From an uncultured delta proteobacterium (GTDB lineage: Bacteria; Bdellovibrionota; FAC87; UBA2466), in contig CAVZSV010000005.1 of the NCBI GenBank assembly GCA_963778115.1, positions 384,001 through 448,000 of the forward strand: a DNA stretch of 64,000 bases. Direction: 5' to 3'. The notes below the pieces were generated by a model. It searched no databases, had not been told where the DNA came from, and was given only the letters and a program-made list of their open reading frames with translations. Below are positions 39,534 to 54,500 of this stretch, piece by piece; within the stretch, counting starts at the first letter, position 1, and each line of letters opens with the position of its first letter. The position numbers and the translations under genes were made by a program.

Positions 39534-42500
39534 ATGAATGCGGTACGTATAGCGATCTATAAATTGGGGCTTACCCTCGGGCTAGCTCTCATCTTTGCAG
39601 GGTGTAGCCCTGTCTCGTGGAAGAGCGCGGGTTCTCTTTCCGTGTCGCGCACTATTGCCGGTGTAGGGGGAAGTAGCAACGCGTTAGCGGCGCAATTAAA
39701 CTCGTCTTCTAACTTTAACTACACCATTTCCAATAACGGCCAACAAAACGCTACCGCACTTACCGCCTCCTTCTCAGACTCCATTCAAGTTGAAAGTTCT
39801 AATCCTACCGATGCTTTCGAAATTACCGGCGGCACTTGCAACGGAATGATTCCCGCCCAGTCGAATTGCTCCTACATCATCACATTTACCCCGCCGTCTG
39901 TGGGAACCTTCACTGCGAATTTAACGATTAGCTTTTTCGACGGGAATCAAACCCAAACCAGTATCATCCCTATCACCGCTACCAGCTATGCCCCTCCGCC
40001 GATCAATGTCGCAGCGACAGCGGGGGACGGACAAAATACCCTCAGTTGGACTCCGCAAACGGGAGCGACTTCATACAATATCTACTTTCAAACATCGGCC
40101 GGAGTGACGACGACGGCTAGTACGAAGATCTCAGGGGTCACCACGCCCTACATCCATCAGTCGCTTACTGACGGCACGACTTATTATTACGCCATCACTT
40201 CCGTTACCGATAACTTTGAAAGCTCGCTATCCACGGAAGTCTCGGCCATGCCGGCGGTTGGATTAGCGGCTCCCGCCAACGTCATCGCAACCGCGGGATA
40301 CGGAGAAAATACCATTTCATGGAATGCGGTGACGGGTGCTTCCTCCTACAACTTGTACTGGAGTACGACAGCGGGAGTGACGACCAGTTCCACAAAGATA
40401 ACGGGCGTCACCTCTCCCTATGCGCATTTATCGCTAACGAATGGAACGGCTTACTACTATAAAGTAAGCGCTCAGGATACAGGAGGCGAAGGGCCGCTCT
40501 CCGCTGAAGTTTCAGCAACTCCCTACGCTGCCGCACCTACCAATATCGTGGCCACCGCGGGGGACGGGCAAGTAGCAGTGAGTTGGACGGCGGCGACCGG
40601 TGCTACTTCTTACAATATCTATTATTCGACCAATTCTAATGTCACGACAGGCAGTACCGAAATCGCAAGTGCCACTTCCGGACAAGCCATTACGGGCCTC
40701 ACCAATGGAACCCTCTATTATTTTGCCGTGACCAGTGTCACGGGCAGCATCGAAAGTGGGCTCTCGACCATCGTCAGTGCTACTCCCACGACAAGCCTTA
40801 CGGCACCGGTTAACGTCGTAGCGACTGCAGGAACTTCTCAAAACACGATCTCGTGGAACCCGGTAACCAATGCGACGTCTTACAATCTCTATTGGAGTAC
40901 GACCGCCGGAGTAACGACAAGTTCGACCAAGATTACGGGAGTCACGTCGCCCTACACGCAACTCTCCTTAACCGGCGGAACTCCCTACTACTATAAAGTT
41001 AGCGCCCAAGATGCGGGCGGAGAGGGGCCGCTATCGTCTGAAGTCTCGGCAACTCCGAATGCAGCGCCGCCCATTAATGTCGCGGCGGCGGCAGGGGACG
41101 GGCAAGTTACGGTTACTTGGACGGCCGCCGCGGGAGCTACCGCTTACAATATTTATTATTCGACAAGTGCTTCGGTCACCACTTCAAGTACTAAAGTCGC
41201 AAGTGCGTCCTCTGGCCAAGCCATTACGGGCCTAACCAACGGGACGGTTTATTATTTCGCCGTGACGAGTGTCACGGGGAGTAACGAAAGTGGAATATCG
41301 ACGATAGTAAATGCCACTCCCGCCACAAGCCTTACGGCCCCCAGTAATGTCGTGGCGATCGGCGGAAGTGCCCAAAATACGATCTCTTGGAATGGCGTGA
41401 CCAATGCCACTTCCTATAATCTTTACTGGAGTACGACGGCGGGAGTAACGACAAGTTCCACAAAAATTTCGGGTGTCACTTCTTCTTATGTGCAAAGCTC
41501 TCTAAGCGGGGGAACGGCTTACTATTACAAAGTCAGCGCTCAAGATGCCGGTGGAGAAGGACCGCTCTCTTCGGAAGTCTCGGCCACGCCTTTTGCCCCT
41601 CCACCGACTAATGTTGTAGCAAGCGGTGGGGACGGACAGGTCACCGTCACTTGGACAGCGGCCACCGGGGCCACTGCTTACAACCTCTATTATGCAACCA
41701 ATTCGAGCGTGACGACTTCGAGTACTAAAGTGACAGGAGCTACTTCGGGTGTCGCAACGACCGGACTTACGAATGGAACGACCTACTATTTTGCGGTGAC
41801 GAGTGTCACCAATGGAAACGAGAGTGCGCTCTCAACCATTGTGAACGCCACTCCCGCGACAAGCCTTGCAGCACCTGCCAATGTCGTGGCAACCGCAGGA
41901 AGTGCCCAAAATTCGATTTCGTGGAATGCGGTGACGAATGCGACCTCCTACAATCTTTACTGGAGTACGACGGCTGGAGTAACGACAAGTTCCACGAAAA
42001 TTTCGGGTGTCACTTCTTCTTATGTGCAAAGCTCTTTAAGCGGGGGAACGGCTTACTATTACAAAGTCAGCGCTCAAGATGCCGGTGGCGAAGGGCCTCT
42101 ATCTTCGGAAGTCTCGGCCACGCCTTTTGCGCCACCTCCCACTAATGTTGCGGCAACGGCCGGTGACGGGCAAGCCACCATCACCTGGACTGCCGCAACC
42201 GGTGCTACTTCCTACAACATCTATTATTCGACCAGTGCTTCGGTCACTACTTCAAGCACCAAAGTAGCCAGCGCGACGTCGGGACAGGCAATTACAGGTC
42301 TCACCAATGGCACTGTCTATTATTTCGCCGTAACGAGCGTTACTAGCGGAACGGAAAGTGCTCTCTCAACGATGGTAAGCGCAACCCCCGCTACAAGTCT
42401 TACGGCCCCGGTCAACGTAGTCGCTACTGCGGGTACGAGTCAAAACACGATCTCGTGGAATGCAGTGACGAATGCGACCTCTTACAATCTTTACTGGAGT

Positions 42501-45500
42501 ACGACGGCCGGAGTCACCACAAGCTCGACCAAGATTACGGGAGTCACTTCTCCCTATGTGCATCTCTCTTTAACCGCTGGAACGCCTTACTATTACAAAG
42601 TCAGTGCTCAAGATGCGGGCGGCGAAGGGCCCCTCTCTTCTGAGGTCTCAGCAACTCCGAATGCTCCCCCGCCCACCAATGTCGCGGCGACGGCAGGTGA
42701 CGGACAGGTCACCATGAGTTGGACAGCCGCTACGGGCGCCACGGCTTACAACATCTATTACTCGACAAGTGCCTCAGTCACGACTTCAAGTACCAAAGTA
42801 GCCAGCGCGACGTCGGGACAGGCGATTACGGGCCTTACGAACGGAACCACTTACTATTTCGCCGTGACGAGTGTCACAGGGAGTAACGAAAGTGCGGTAT
42901 CCACAATTGTAAATGCGACTCCGGCTACAGGGCTCTCTGCTCCCGCGAATGTGATAGCGACGGCTGCCAGTGGACAGAACTCGATCTCCTGGAATGCGGT
43001 GACGAACGCCACTTCCTACAATCTTTACTGGAGTACAACGGCTGGAGTTACGACAAGCTCCACAAAGATTACCGGCGTGACCTCTCCTTATGGGCATCTC
43101 TCGCTCACTAACGGAACCACGTACTACTATAAAGTAAGTGCCGTGGATGCCGGAGGCGAAGGGCCTTTATCATCGGAAGTATCGGCGATGCCGTTTGCGC
43201 CGCCTCCCACCAACGTCGCGGCGGCGGCAGGGGACGGGCAAGTTACGGTCTCTTGGACGGCGGCGACCGGTGCCACTTCTTACAATATTTATTATTCGAC
43301 AAGTGCTTCGGTCACCACTTCGAGTACGAAAGTCGCAAGCGCCACTTCGGGACAAGCGGTCACGGGACTTACCAATGGGACGGTTTACTATTTTGCCGTT
43401 ACTAGTGTCACAAGCAGTACGGAAAGTGGAATCTCCTCGATAGTAAATGCAACTCCGGTAACCAGTCTTTCGGCTCCTGCCAATGTGGTTGCCACCGCAG
43501 GAAGTGCCCAAAATACGATTTCCTGGAATGCGGTCACGAATGCGACATCTTACAATCTTTACTGGAGTACGACGGCCGGAGTCACCACAAGCTCGACTAA
43601 GATTACTGCCGTTACTTCGCCTTACGCCCATACCTCTCTAAACGGAGGGACTGCTTACTACTATAAAGTAAGCGCTCAAGATGCCGGCGGAGAAGGGCCG
43701 CTCTCTTCTGAAGTCTCGGCAACTCCTTATGCACCACCACCCACGAATGTGGTCGCTACCGGTGGAGACGGGCAAGTCACGGTTTCTTGGACAGCGGCGA
43801 TCGGGGCTACTTCCTACAATCTTTATTACGCAACGACATCGAATGTAACCACTTCAAGTACCAAGATAACGGGTGCCACTTCAGGCGGAGCTACCACGGG
43901 GCTCACGAATGGAACGACTTATTACTTTGCCGTGACGAGTATGACTAACGGAACGGAAAGTGCCCTGTCTACTATCGTAAACGCAACTCCTACGACAAGT
44001 CTTACGGCACCGGCCAGTGTGATAGCCACTGCAGGAAGTGCCCAAAATACGGTCTCGTGGAATGCGGTGACCAACGCCACTTCCTACAATCTTTACTGGA
44101 GTACCACAGCGGGAGTGACGACAAGTTCCACAAAAATTTCGGGAGTCAGTTCTCCCTACACCCCTCTTTCTCTGACTAACGGAACGACCTACTACTATAA
44201 AATAAGTGCTGTCGATACCGGAGGCGAAGGGCCTCTTTCTTCTGAAGTATCGGCGATGCCCTTTGCGGCTCCGCCCACTAACCTCGTAGCGACGGCAACG
44301 GATGGGCAAGTAACACTCACATGGACCGCGGCAACGGGCGCTAGCTCCTATAACCTTTATTACTCGACCAGTTCCACGGTCACCACTTCTAGTACGAAGG
44401 TGGCCGGCGCCACTTCCGGTCAAGTGGTGTCGTCACTCACCGACAATACCCTTTATTATTTTGCGGTAACAAGCGTTACGAACGGAACAGAAAGCGCTCT
44501 TTCTTCGACGGTAAGTGCCACGCCTGAAGCCGTTCCTTCGGCCCCCACCCTGGTCGCCACGGCGGGAACCGGGCAAAATAGTTTGAGCTGGTCAGCCGTC
44601 ACCAATGCCACGTCTTACAATCTTTACTGGAGTACGACGGCTGGAGTAACAACCAGTTCGGCAAAAATTACCGGAGTCACTTCTCCTTATGTTCACAGCT
44701 CCCTTACGACCGATACCACTTACTACTATCGATTATCGGCGGTGGATGAGACAGGGGAGGGAGCCCTCTCTTCCGAAGTTTCGGCGACGCCCGTGGGAGT
44801 TTTGGATCACTTTACCTTCGCGCATCCTTCCAGCACTACGGCGGGAGCGGCCACTACTTTGACTGTCACCGCGAACGATGCCGCGGGTAATACGGTAACG
44901 AACTTCACGGGAACGGTAACGCTTACCTCTAGCGACGGATCGGCATCGCTCCCTTCGGCTTATACTTTCCAAAGTGGAGATTTGGGCGTCCATCAATTTG
45001 CTCTTACGTTTAATACAACAGGTTCTCAAACCGCTACGGCCACTTCGGGAATCGTAACTTTAACTTCGACAAACTATGCGGTGGAATCGACTATCCCCCT
45101 CTCAGTCACGGTTGCCAACATGACTACCGCTCCAGACCAGAGCGATGCGTACACCATTGCTAACGGCGTTCCTCCCTACACGGTTAGCACTGTAGCGGGC
45201 GGTAGTATTTCCAACCCTTCTGGCTCGGGAACTTTTCTTGCCGATGGGTCTTCTTCCGCAGTGGGAATCACCGTAACCGATAGTTTGAGCAACACCGCTT
45301 CGTTAACGATCACGGTAAATCAGCCTTTAACGATTACCTTGAGCCAGGCCCCGCCGAACTTGCCTCAGCCGTCTTCAGCTCCGGCATCCACCGTCTGGAA
45401 CGGCAAGATGTATCTTTTCTCAGGGAGTGTGAACGGATTAGATTCTAATCTTCTTTTTTCCTATAGTCCCACACTCAACGTAGTGCGAGCCCTCTCGCCA

Positions 45501-48500
45501 TCGGGAACCGCCCCTACTGTTTCCAACGGAAGCCAATTTTTCCTGACCACCATAGGAAATCTTCTCTATGCCTTCACCTACGACGGGAGTTCCTTTCACA
45601 TCAGTACTTACGATCCCACTAGCGGCACCGACGGGGCTTGGACTTCATTAGCTCCCTCAGGAAGTGCTCCTAACTTTGACGGGACTTATCCTATTACGGA
45701 AGCCACTGTCGGCTCCAAGATGTACCTTTTTGGTTTCTATCACAGTGGATCCTATACCCCCGGCATCAAAGTTTTTGATCCCTCAAACGGAGCGCAAGGG
45801 GCATGGAGTTCACTCTCTCCCTCAGGAAGCGGACCTCAAACAGATACCTATTTGGCCAGTACCGTAGGGGGGAATATTTACCTTTATGGAAATTCCCAGG
45901 GCGGAGTTTATTCTTATAACCCTACTTCGGGAGCCAGTGGGGCGTGGACAAAACTTACCCCCGCGGGAGCTCCGCCGCCCGCGAATCTGGATAAAGTAAC
46001 GACGATAGCCGCCGCCGGCACCGCCTTCTACGCTTACACCCAATACGATGAGATATTTGCTTTCGATACGTCAAGTGGGGGAACATGGACGAATTTGGGA
46101 ACGTTTGAGCCTGGGGCTTATGTCGCTCTAGCGAGCCAAGACGTTAATGGAGAGATCTATTTCTATGGCTCCGGGGAAAACGCTCCTTGGGAGTTCGACG
46201 CCTATTCCCCTGGAGGAACCAGTGGCGGAAGCAATGTTTGGGTTCCCGAGACTCCTTCTTATCAGTCCACTTCATCCACACTGGAGTCCGGTGAGCAGGT
46301 TACCTACACCGTCTCCGGAGGCACAGGCCCTTATACGGTGACCAAAGTTAGCGGCTACTTCGTAAGTCAATCAACCTCGTCAGGCATCTATGGTATGCCA
46401 AATGTCGGAGACACCCTGACTGTAACAGACAGTTTGCAAAATTCTTATAGCGTCACCTTGACCCCTGGAACCACGTTAACGCTGACGGGAACATTCGCTG
46501 TCGCCTATAATGCTTACGGATATTTTACTGCGTCGGGTGGAGATGGTTCGTTCACCATGTTTACCAACAGCGGAAACATAATGGTCGGAGCCCAGAACGG
46601 AAGCGGAGCATCTCTCACACAAACTTTCATCGATTCCACCGATAACTGCATTGAAGCAAATCTATCGGTAGAGGACGGGAACTCCAATTACGCGTACTTT
46701 AACTCTCAGATCGACGGACTCTCGATCGCAGCAAATACTTCGAGCCTCATACAGGGACTCTCCACGCCCTATACGCTTACCAATCCCTGTTCGGAAGCGG
46801 TCACCGTCACAGCCGATCACGGAACGGTGGATCAAGCGGGCAATTACCAAGCTCCCTCCGATTACACGGGAACGGTCACCCTAACGGCTTACGGGTTCTT
46901 CGGTAATGTCGTTTCCACGACCTTAACGGTCACGGCCGATCCCGCCATTAATGTTTCGCTTGGAGATTCTCATCCCGATGACGGCGGTTCAACGACTATC
47001 GATGCCACGGGCGGAGATGGAATCTATACGATTACGGCCCAAAACGGAACGGTCGTTGGAACTACCTACCGCGCTCCGGCTTCAGGCGGGAGTGATGTCA
47101 TTACCGTTACCGACAGTGACGGTAATCAAAAAACTTACGACGTTACTTTGAACTCGAACTTAAGTATCGCGATGGCGTCCCCTACCATGCTCTCGGGATT
47201 GCAAACCGCTTATACGGTGGCTAATGGAACCCCTCCCTATTCGGTGAGCGTTTCCAGTGGCGCCACCGTTAGCAATGCGACGGGCTCCGGAAATATCGTT
47301 GCGGATGGATCGCAGTCTTCAGTGACTCTTTCGGTCACCGACGCCGCGAGTGCTTCTTCCTCCTTTACCGTCTCGGTCGTAGCCCCTTTATATCTAGGGA
47401 TAACCCAGCCCCCAGCTAATTTCGGTGCGGATTATGCGGCAAGTACTACTTGTGACGGCAAGATGTTTGTATTCGGAGGTATGACGAATAACGGGCTTAG
47501 CAATGCGATCACTTCTTATGATCCTAATGGAAACGCGTGGAGAGTGCTCACTCCTAGCGGAACGGCTCCCACTCCAAGAGAATACGCGACGGCGGGCTGC
47601 CTAGGAAATAAGGTCTATGTGTTTGGCGGTTTCGATGGATCCACTCCGCTTAATCAATTGTACCTCTTCGATCCAACGGCGGGTTCGTTTGGAGCCTGGA
47701 GTTCCGTCACCCCCGCGGGCTCCGCCCCGGTCTCGAGGGAGTATCCCGCCTCGGTAGTGATCTCTGGAAAAATGTATGTTTTTGGCGGGGAAAATGCTTC
47801 CGGCCAATATCTCAATGATCTGTATGTTTACGATCCTGCTACCGGTGCCTCGGGAACATGGACCGCACTGACACCGACCGGAAACGCGCCCTCCGTTCGT
47901 ATTAAGGCGATCGTTGGGGTCATTTCAGGAAAAATGGTTGTGCAGGGTGGCGATACGACGGGGAACACCCCGGTATCCGATTTTTATGCCTACGATCCTA
48001 CGAATGGAAGTAACGGCGCATGGAGTTCTCTTTCTCCGTCGGGAACAGCACCCTCGGGCGAGGGAACCGCTACCGTTATCAATAATAAGCTTTATGTCCT
48101 TCAAACCTCTGCCGATCCCAACCAGATGTTCATTTATGATCCTTCATCAGGGGCTACCGGTGCGTGGATGAGTGGGGGAACTTTTGAATCCGGAAACCCT
48201 CGTTACGGAGCGGTCTCTCAAACTTTCAATAACGAAGTTTTTTTCTTTGGCGGCGGCGCGGCGTTCAGCAGTGAGCTTTCCGAATTTGACCCCAACGGCA
48301 ACGACTTCTTTGTTCAAACTCCTGTCTTTATTTACACAAATCCAACTCTTGAATCTAATCAAAGTATTGCCTACGAAATACTCGGCGGAACTAGCCCCTA
48401 TACCGTCACGGGCCACACAGATAATGCTTCGGGTAGTGGAAATTTCACCATGCCAGCTTCGGGCTTGGGAGAACTTGATGTCACCGATAGCAGCGGACAA

Positions 48501-51500
48501 GCCTTCTCGATCGATTTTTCTAACGCGCAAACCCTGGCAGTGACGATGGGAACGACTCAACCCTATCAAGGGTCGACGACGACGTATACCATCTCTGGAG
48601 GAGTGGGCCCTTTTTCAGTGAGTACCCAATACGGTTCGGTGGACAATGCCTCGGGCTCGGGTAATTACACCGCCCCTATCACTTTGGAACAAGACACGCT
48701 TACGGTATCGGACTCCGATGGATATATAGCTACGGTCCCTATCAATAATCGAGCTTACCCAGCCATTTCGATAAATATCTCTCAAACCGGTCTAAACATA
48801 AATCAGACAGAGGAGTTTACGGTCACCGGAGGCTCCGGAAGCTTCGATGTCCAGGCTCAATACGGGTCAATCACGCTGGCCGGGGGCAATACCTTCTATT
48901 ACGCGGCTCCTTCTTACGCTACGAGCGATGAAATTACGGTCACCGATAATGTGAGCCAAGTTCAAGCAGAGCAGGGTATCACCGTGGAAAATCTTTCGCT
49001 CTCGGTCGCCCCTGGTACCGAACTTGATGTTTCCGAATTGGCGACGATAACGGTTAGCGGAGGAAACGGCCAATACACCTATCAAGCCACCCGCGGCATG
49101 ATCGATCAAAGCGGTAATTACCAGGCCCCCTCGTCCTCGGGTTCGGATCTTATCACCGTGACCGATTCCCTGGGAGTTTCGTTCTCAGAAGGAATTACCG
49201 TGGACGCCGCCCTTTCGCTCCCCCCGACTATGACGGTGGACAGCGGAGCTTCGTCGGCAGTGGCGACTAGCGGGAGTGATGGTAGTTACACCTACTCTGC
49301 CACTTACGGATCTTTTACCGGCGACATTTATACCGCCCCTGGTGGGATTGGGAACCCTTCGAACGACACCATTACGGTGACCGATGGAAATGGCGTTACC
49401 ACCACGATTACCGTGACATTAAACTCGGATCTATCGGCTACGGTTGCGAATAGCACGTTAGCGGTTGGCCAGATCACCAGTTACTCCGTTAGCGGAGGAA
49501 CGTCCCCGTACCAGATATCGGCGGCATTAGGTAGCGTAAGTAACGCGACCGATAATGGCAATTACAACGCCGTCACCACTGGAAGCGATACGCTTATGAT
49601 TTCCGATAGCGGAGGAGGGTCGATATCTCTTCCCCTTACGATCTATAGTGATCCCACCGTTTCCGCTCCGGCATATATCGCCGAAGGGGCCACGATAACT
49701 GCAACGATCAGTTGTCCCAGCGGAAGCTGTAGCAGCTCTGACACCTTAGGAGGAACTTTTTCAAACGACGGCACTTACACAGCCCCCATGTCGACGGGTA
49801 CCGATACCTTAACGCTGACCGATGATGTCACCAATGCTCAGGGAACAACAACAATCACAGTAGTAAGTCCTGTCGCCGTTTCTTTCGCGTCCGCGGGCAC
49901 GGCGGAAGGCAGTTTAGTCTCTTATTCTGTGTCGGGCGGTAGCGGAAGTTATAGCGTGTCGGTAGATCTTGGGGCGGTTAGCAATGCCTCGGGAAGCGGG
50001 ACCTATACGGCGTCGGGCGGCAGCGGAACCGCAACCCTCACCGCGGTCGATACGGCGAGCTCATTTTCACAGACCGCAACGATTGCGGTTGGCCCGCCGA
50101 TCTATATCGGGACTGCTTCCGTTCCGTCTAGTTTCAACTTCGCAACCTCCTCTCCCAGCGCCGTCATAGGCAGTATGCTGTATGTGTTCGGCGGATACGT
50201 CGGAGGGGGCACTCAAAATTATCTGTGGTCGTATGACCAGACGCAAAACCTCTGGACTGCAATTGATGCCGTCAACCTGCCTTCCACTGCTAATACGGGG
50301 GCGATGGTGATGGCGGCTTCGGGCAGTGAAATATACTTGTGTGGAAGCTGGACGTGCTGGTCGTATGACCCGGCAACCAATGTGGTCACTTCTCTTTCTG
50401 GCCCTACCTCCACCCCCCAGTCGATGTTTACCATCGGAGGAAAGTTATATTTAACCGGACTATACGGAAGCGCACATTTGGGCGTTTTTGTTTATGATCC
50501 CTCTCAAGGATCTGAGGCTTCGTGGAGCCAATTGGCTCCGTCAGGCCAGACTCCTGGCGAGTATCCCGACACCACTACGGCCCTAATTTCCGGAAAGATC
50601 TATGTTCAATCTATAAGCAATACGTCTTTGTACATGTACGATCCTTCGAATGGGAGCAACGGCAGTTGGACTACGCTGACTCCTTCGGGAACCGTGTTCA
50701 CCAATTCACCCGTGGCAAGCGCAGTAATGAATGGGAAGTGGTACGTCGTATCGAGCAATCAAGAGCTATTCCAGTACGATCCTGCGGCCGGGGATTGCGG
50801 TGCCTGGTCCGAGGTTACCGCTTTAAATTTTGCATATGATTCGATGGCCCTAATGAACAGCAAGCTATATTTGTTAGCGAGTACTCCCTCCCACCTGGAT
50901 TATTTTGACGGAACCAACTTTACTACCGTCACCGGCAGTACCTTCATAGGCGGAGGAAACCTCACGATAGAAGCCAATCAGCAGATTCCTTATACCATCT
51001 ACGGGGGAACACGGCCGTTTGCCGTCACCGCAGCCAATGGAAGTGTGGATAACCCGAGTGGCTCGGGCAATTACACAATGCCCGCTAGTGGTGGCGATAC
51101 GCTCACCGTTACCGACGGTATCGGACTCGTCTACAACATTACGATGAGTTCAGGCCAAACGCTGACAATTTCTGTGCCAGCTACGACCGTCGCCTCCAAT
51201 GGATCTTTAGATTATACCGTCACGGGAGGTTATGAACCTTCCGTCAGCGCTGAATGTGGAACCGTGAGCAATCCGTCGGGTTCGGGGACCTACACGCCGT
51301 CGGCTTGTACGAGTGACGTTATCACGGTGACCGACGGGAATGATTATTCCGTCACCGCGGATATTACGATTACCTATCCCGCGCTGACGCTAACTATCGG
51401 CTCCGAATCACTCTATGTCGATCAAGCGACGATCCTTACCGTGAGCGGCGGCTCGGGAGATTACTCTCTATCGGCGAGCTATGGCACTATCTTAGGTTCG

Positions 51501-54500
51501 ACCTACACGGCTCCCGGTTCGGCGGTGAGCGATCTGATAACGGTGACCGACAATGTAACGGAGGCTTCGACGTCTTCTTTGATCACCGTCAGTGATTTTC
51601 CGGCGATCTCGGTGTCGTTAGGATCATCGACGGTTACTCCCTCTGGGTCGACTTCGGTCAGCGTCACCGGGGGTTCGGGTAATTTCACGCTCTCTGCTTC
51701 CCTTGGTTCGGTGAGTGGAGGCACCTATTACGCTCCCTCTTATGAGACGAGTGATACGGTCACCGCCACCGACACGCTCACCGGCCTTACCGGTTCTGCA
51801 AGCGTCACGGTGGCCTATTCGCCTCTTAGTATTACGCTCGGGGCGGCCGCTGTTTCTCCCGGGGGGACGACTTCCGTTTCGGCCTCTGGGGGTTCGGGAT
51901 CTTACCTGTTCAGCGCCTCTCAAGGTTATGTCACGGGTTCTACCTACACGGCGCCAGGTAGCCCAACCAACGATACCATCACGGTCACGGATACGGTCAC
52001 GGGCGACACGGCTTCGGCTGGGATCGCGGTTGATAGCAATCCCACACTCTCTCCCAGTCTCACTAGTCTTGAAGTTGGTCAGACGACGGCCCTCAATACT
52101 TTCGGAGGTACGGGACCCATGACCTGTTATGCCGACAGCGTAGAGCTTTCTAGCTGTAATTTCACACCCTCGAGCGGCCAGACAGGATCCATCGTGGTTT
52201 CCGCAACCGATGTGTACGGTTTTAGCGGGGGCGCGACCGTCTATGTCTACCCCGTGATCTCTTACTCCATCGGAATGACGACGATAGATGACAGCGGGAC
52301 GACATCGTTTTCTATCGGAGGAAGCGATGGTTCTGAAACAGCAGTGGCGCAGTACGGGTCAATCAATAGTGGAGTGTACACGGCACCCGCGAGCGGAACG
52401 AGCGATACCATCACCATCACCGATGATTTGGGAGGAGAAACCCAGATTACGATCACGCTCTCAAATGTGGTCCTTAGCTTTGCCAGTACTTCCGTTGCCG
52501 TGAGTGAGACGACAACTTATACGGTAAGTGGCGGCGTTCCCCCCTATTCAATAAGTAGTGTGAGCGGGAGTTTGAGTAATGCGACTGGTTCGGGGACCTA
52601 TACGGCCAGAACGCAAGGAATGGACACTATTACCTGCACCGACAGCGGGGGTGGTTTTACCCAGGTCGAAGTCCTCAGTTCATTGCCTGGCCTTAGCGGG
52701 CTTCCTTCTTATGTCGCTGCCGGCGCGAGTGCAACGGCCACGGTATCCTGCAGCGGGCAGAACTGCAGCGCGACATCGGCCAACGGAGGAACCACCTCCA
52801 TCGCCGGCTACGTTTATAACGGAAGTTACGGCTATTACACCGCTACGCTCACGTATACAGCACCCAGTTCGCTTGGTGTGGATACGATCACGCTTACCGA
52901 CAACGATCTGGCCATGCAGACGACGGCAACCACCACGGTACTGGCGCCGTTACAAGTAGGCTTCGGCGCGGCATCGGTTGCCGAAAACGGCACGATCTCT
53001 TATACGGTCGGTGGAGGATCAGGAAGCTATAGTTTAAGTTGTTCCAATTGTACTCTTAGTAATTCGGCCGGAAGTGGAACGCTAACTGCGGGAAGTGAGC
53101 CGGGAGTAGCGACAGTTTCCCTCACAGACGAAGTCAGTTCGCTAACCCAAAGCGCTCAAATCACGGTGAGCGGAAGCATCATTGTATTGATGTACCCCGA
53201 AGCTGTGGCCCCGGGAGAAACCTCCGCTTACTACATTCAAACCGATACCAGCGGCGGGCTCACCGTCAGCGTGGATAATGGAAGCTTAAACAACTCGACG
53301 GGGAATGGTACCTATACGGCACCCGACTCGTCGACGATCGCGACAATAACCGTGACCGACGCCCAGGGGAACACGGGCACCGCTACCGTCAGTGTCAATA
53401 CTCCGGGGACATGGCAAACCGCCGACACCATTCCCAGTCTGTTCAGTGCCAGCGGTCAGACTTACGCCACCACTATCTCAGGGACGCCCTATGTCTTTAC
53501 CGGTGATGACAGCGTGCTTTACACCTTCAATCCGTCGACCGAAGCGGTCTTGCAACTTTCACCAAGCGGAAGTTCTCCTACTGATACTTTCTACACAGCC
53601 TTCCTTACCGTGGGAAGCGTGGGATACCTAGTAAACACTAGTTTTGGGGTATGGACTTACGATCCTTCTCAAGGCACCGGAGGAACTTGGACTCACCTTG
53701 CTCCCACGGGAGCACCGACTGGTTCCAGTTACCTCTACAATCTACCCACGGCTGCCGTTTTGAACGATAAGATCTATGTATTCGGCGGTGATAGCGTTGG
53801 ATCGGGATCTCCACAAAACGAATTATATGTTTATGATCCCAATGGCGGCGGTGATGGGACGTGGACACTTCTCTCCCCGGCGGGAACGGCGCCGTCCGGC
53901 ACCTCTAACGCAAATTTGATGACCATCAATGATAAGTTGTATCTCTATCTTTCTGACTACCAGGAGATCTTTATTTATGACCCGACCACTGGAGCCCAGG
54001 GGACCTGGACGGAGGTCAGCGCTTCCGGCTCTTTGCCCGCAGCTCGAGCCGGCGAAGCCGTTGGTGCGATCGGCGATGTCGTTTATGTCTTTGGAGGTTG
54101 GAACGTGGGTAGCGGCTATCCCGACACGGATTCTTGGAGCTTTGATACTGGCACAAACACGTGGGCGCAACTTTCCCCGTCCGGTATTCATCCCCCTTCG
54201 CAAAGTTACGGCCATCCTTGGAACTGCTCGATAACCGTAGGCAGTGTCGCCTATTTCTTCCTTCAGAACTACATTGTTTCATATGATTCCTCCAGCGGAG
54301 GTGACGGAAGTTGGGGGCCAACTCCGCCCGCCACGATTGGATCGACCGCCGCGACAATCGGAACCGTGACTTATGTCTTCGGTGGCTCGCTCAGTACTTA
54401 TGATAACCAGCTCTACGCCTATGATAATTCTCAATCTGCTTGGAGTCTGCTTAGCCCCAGCGGTACGGCTCCTGCTGGTAGAATTGGGCACTCCGCGGCT

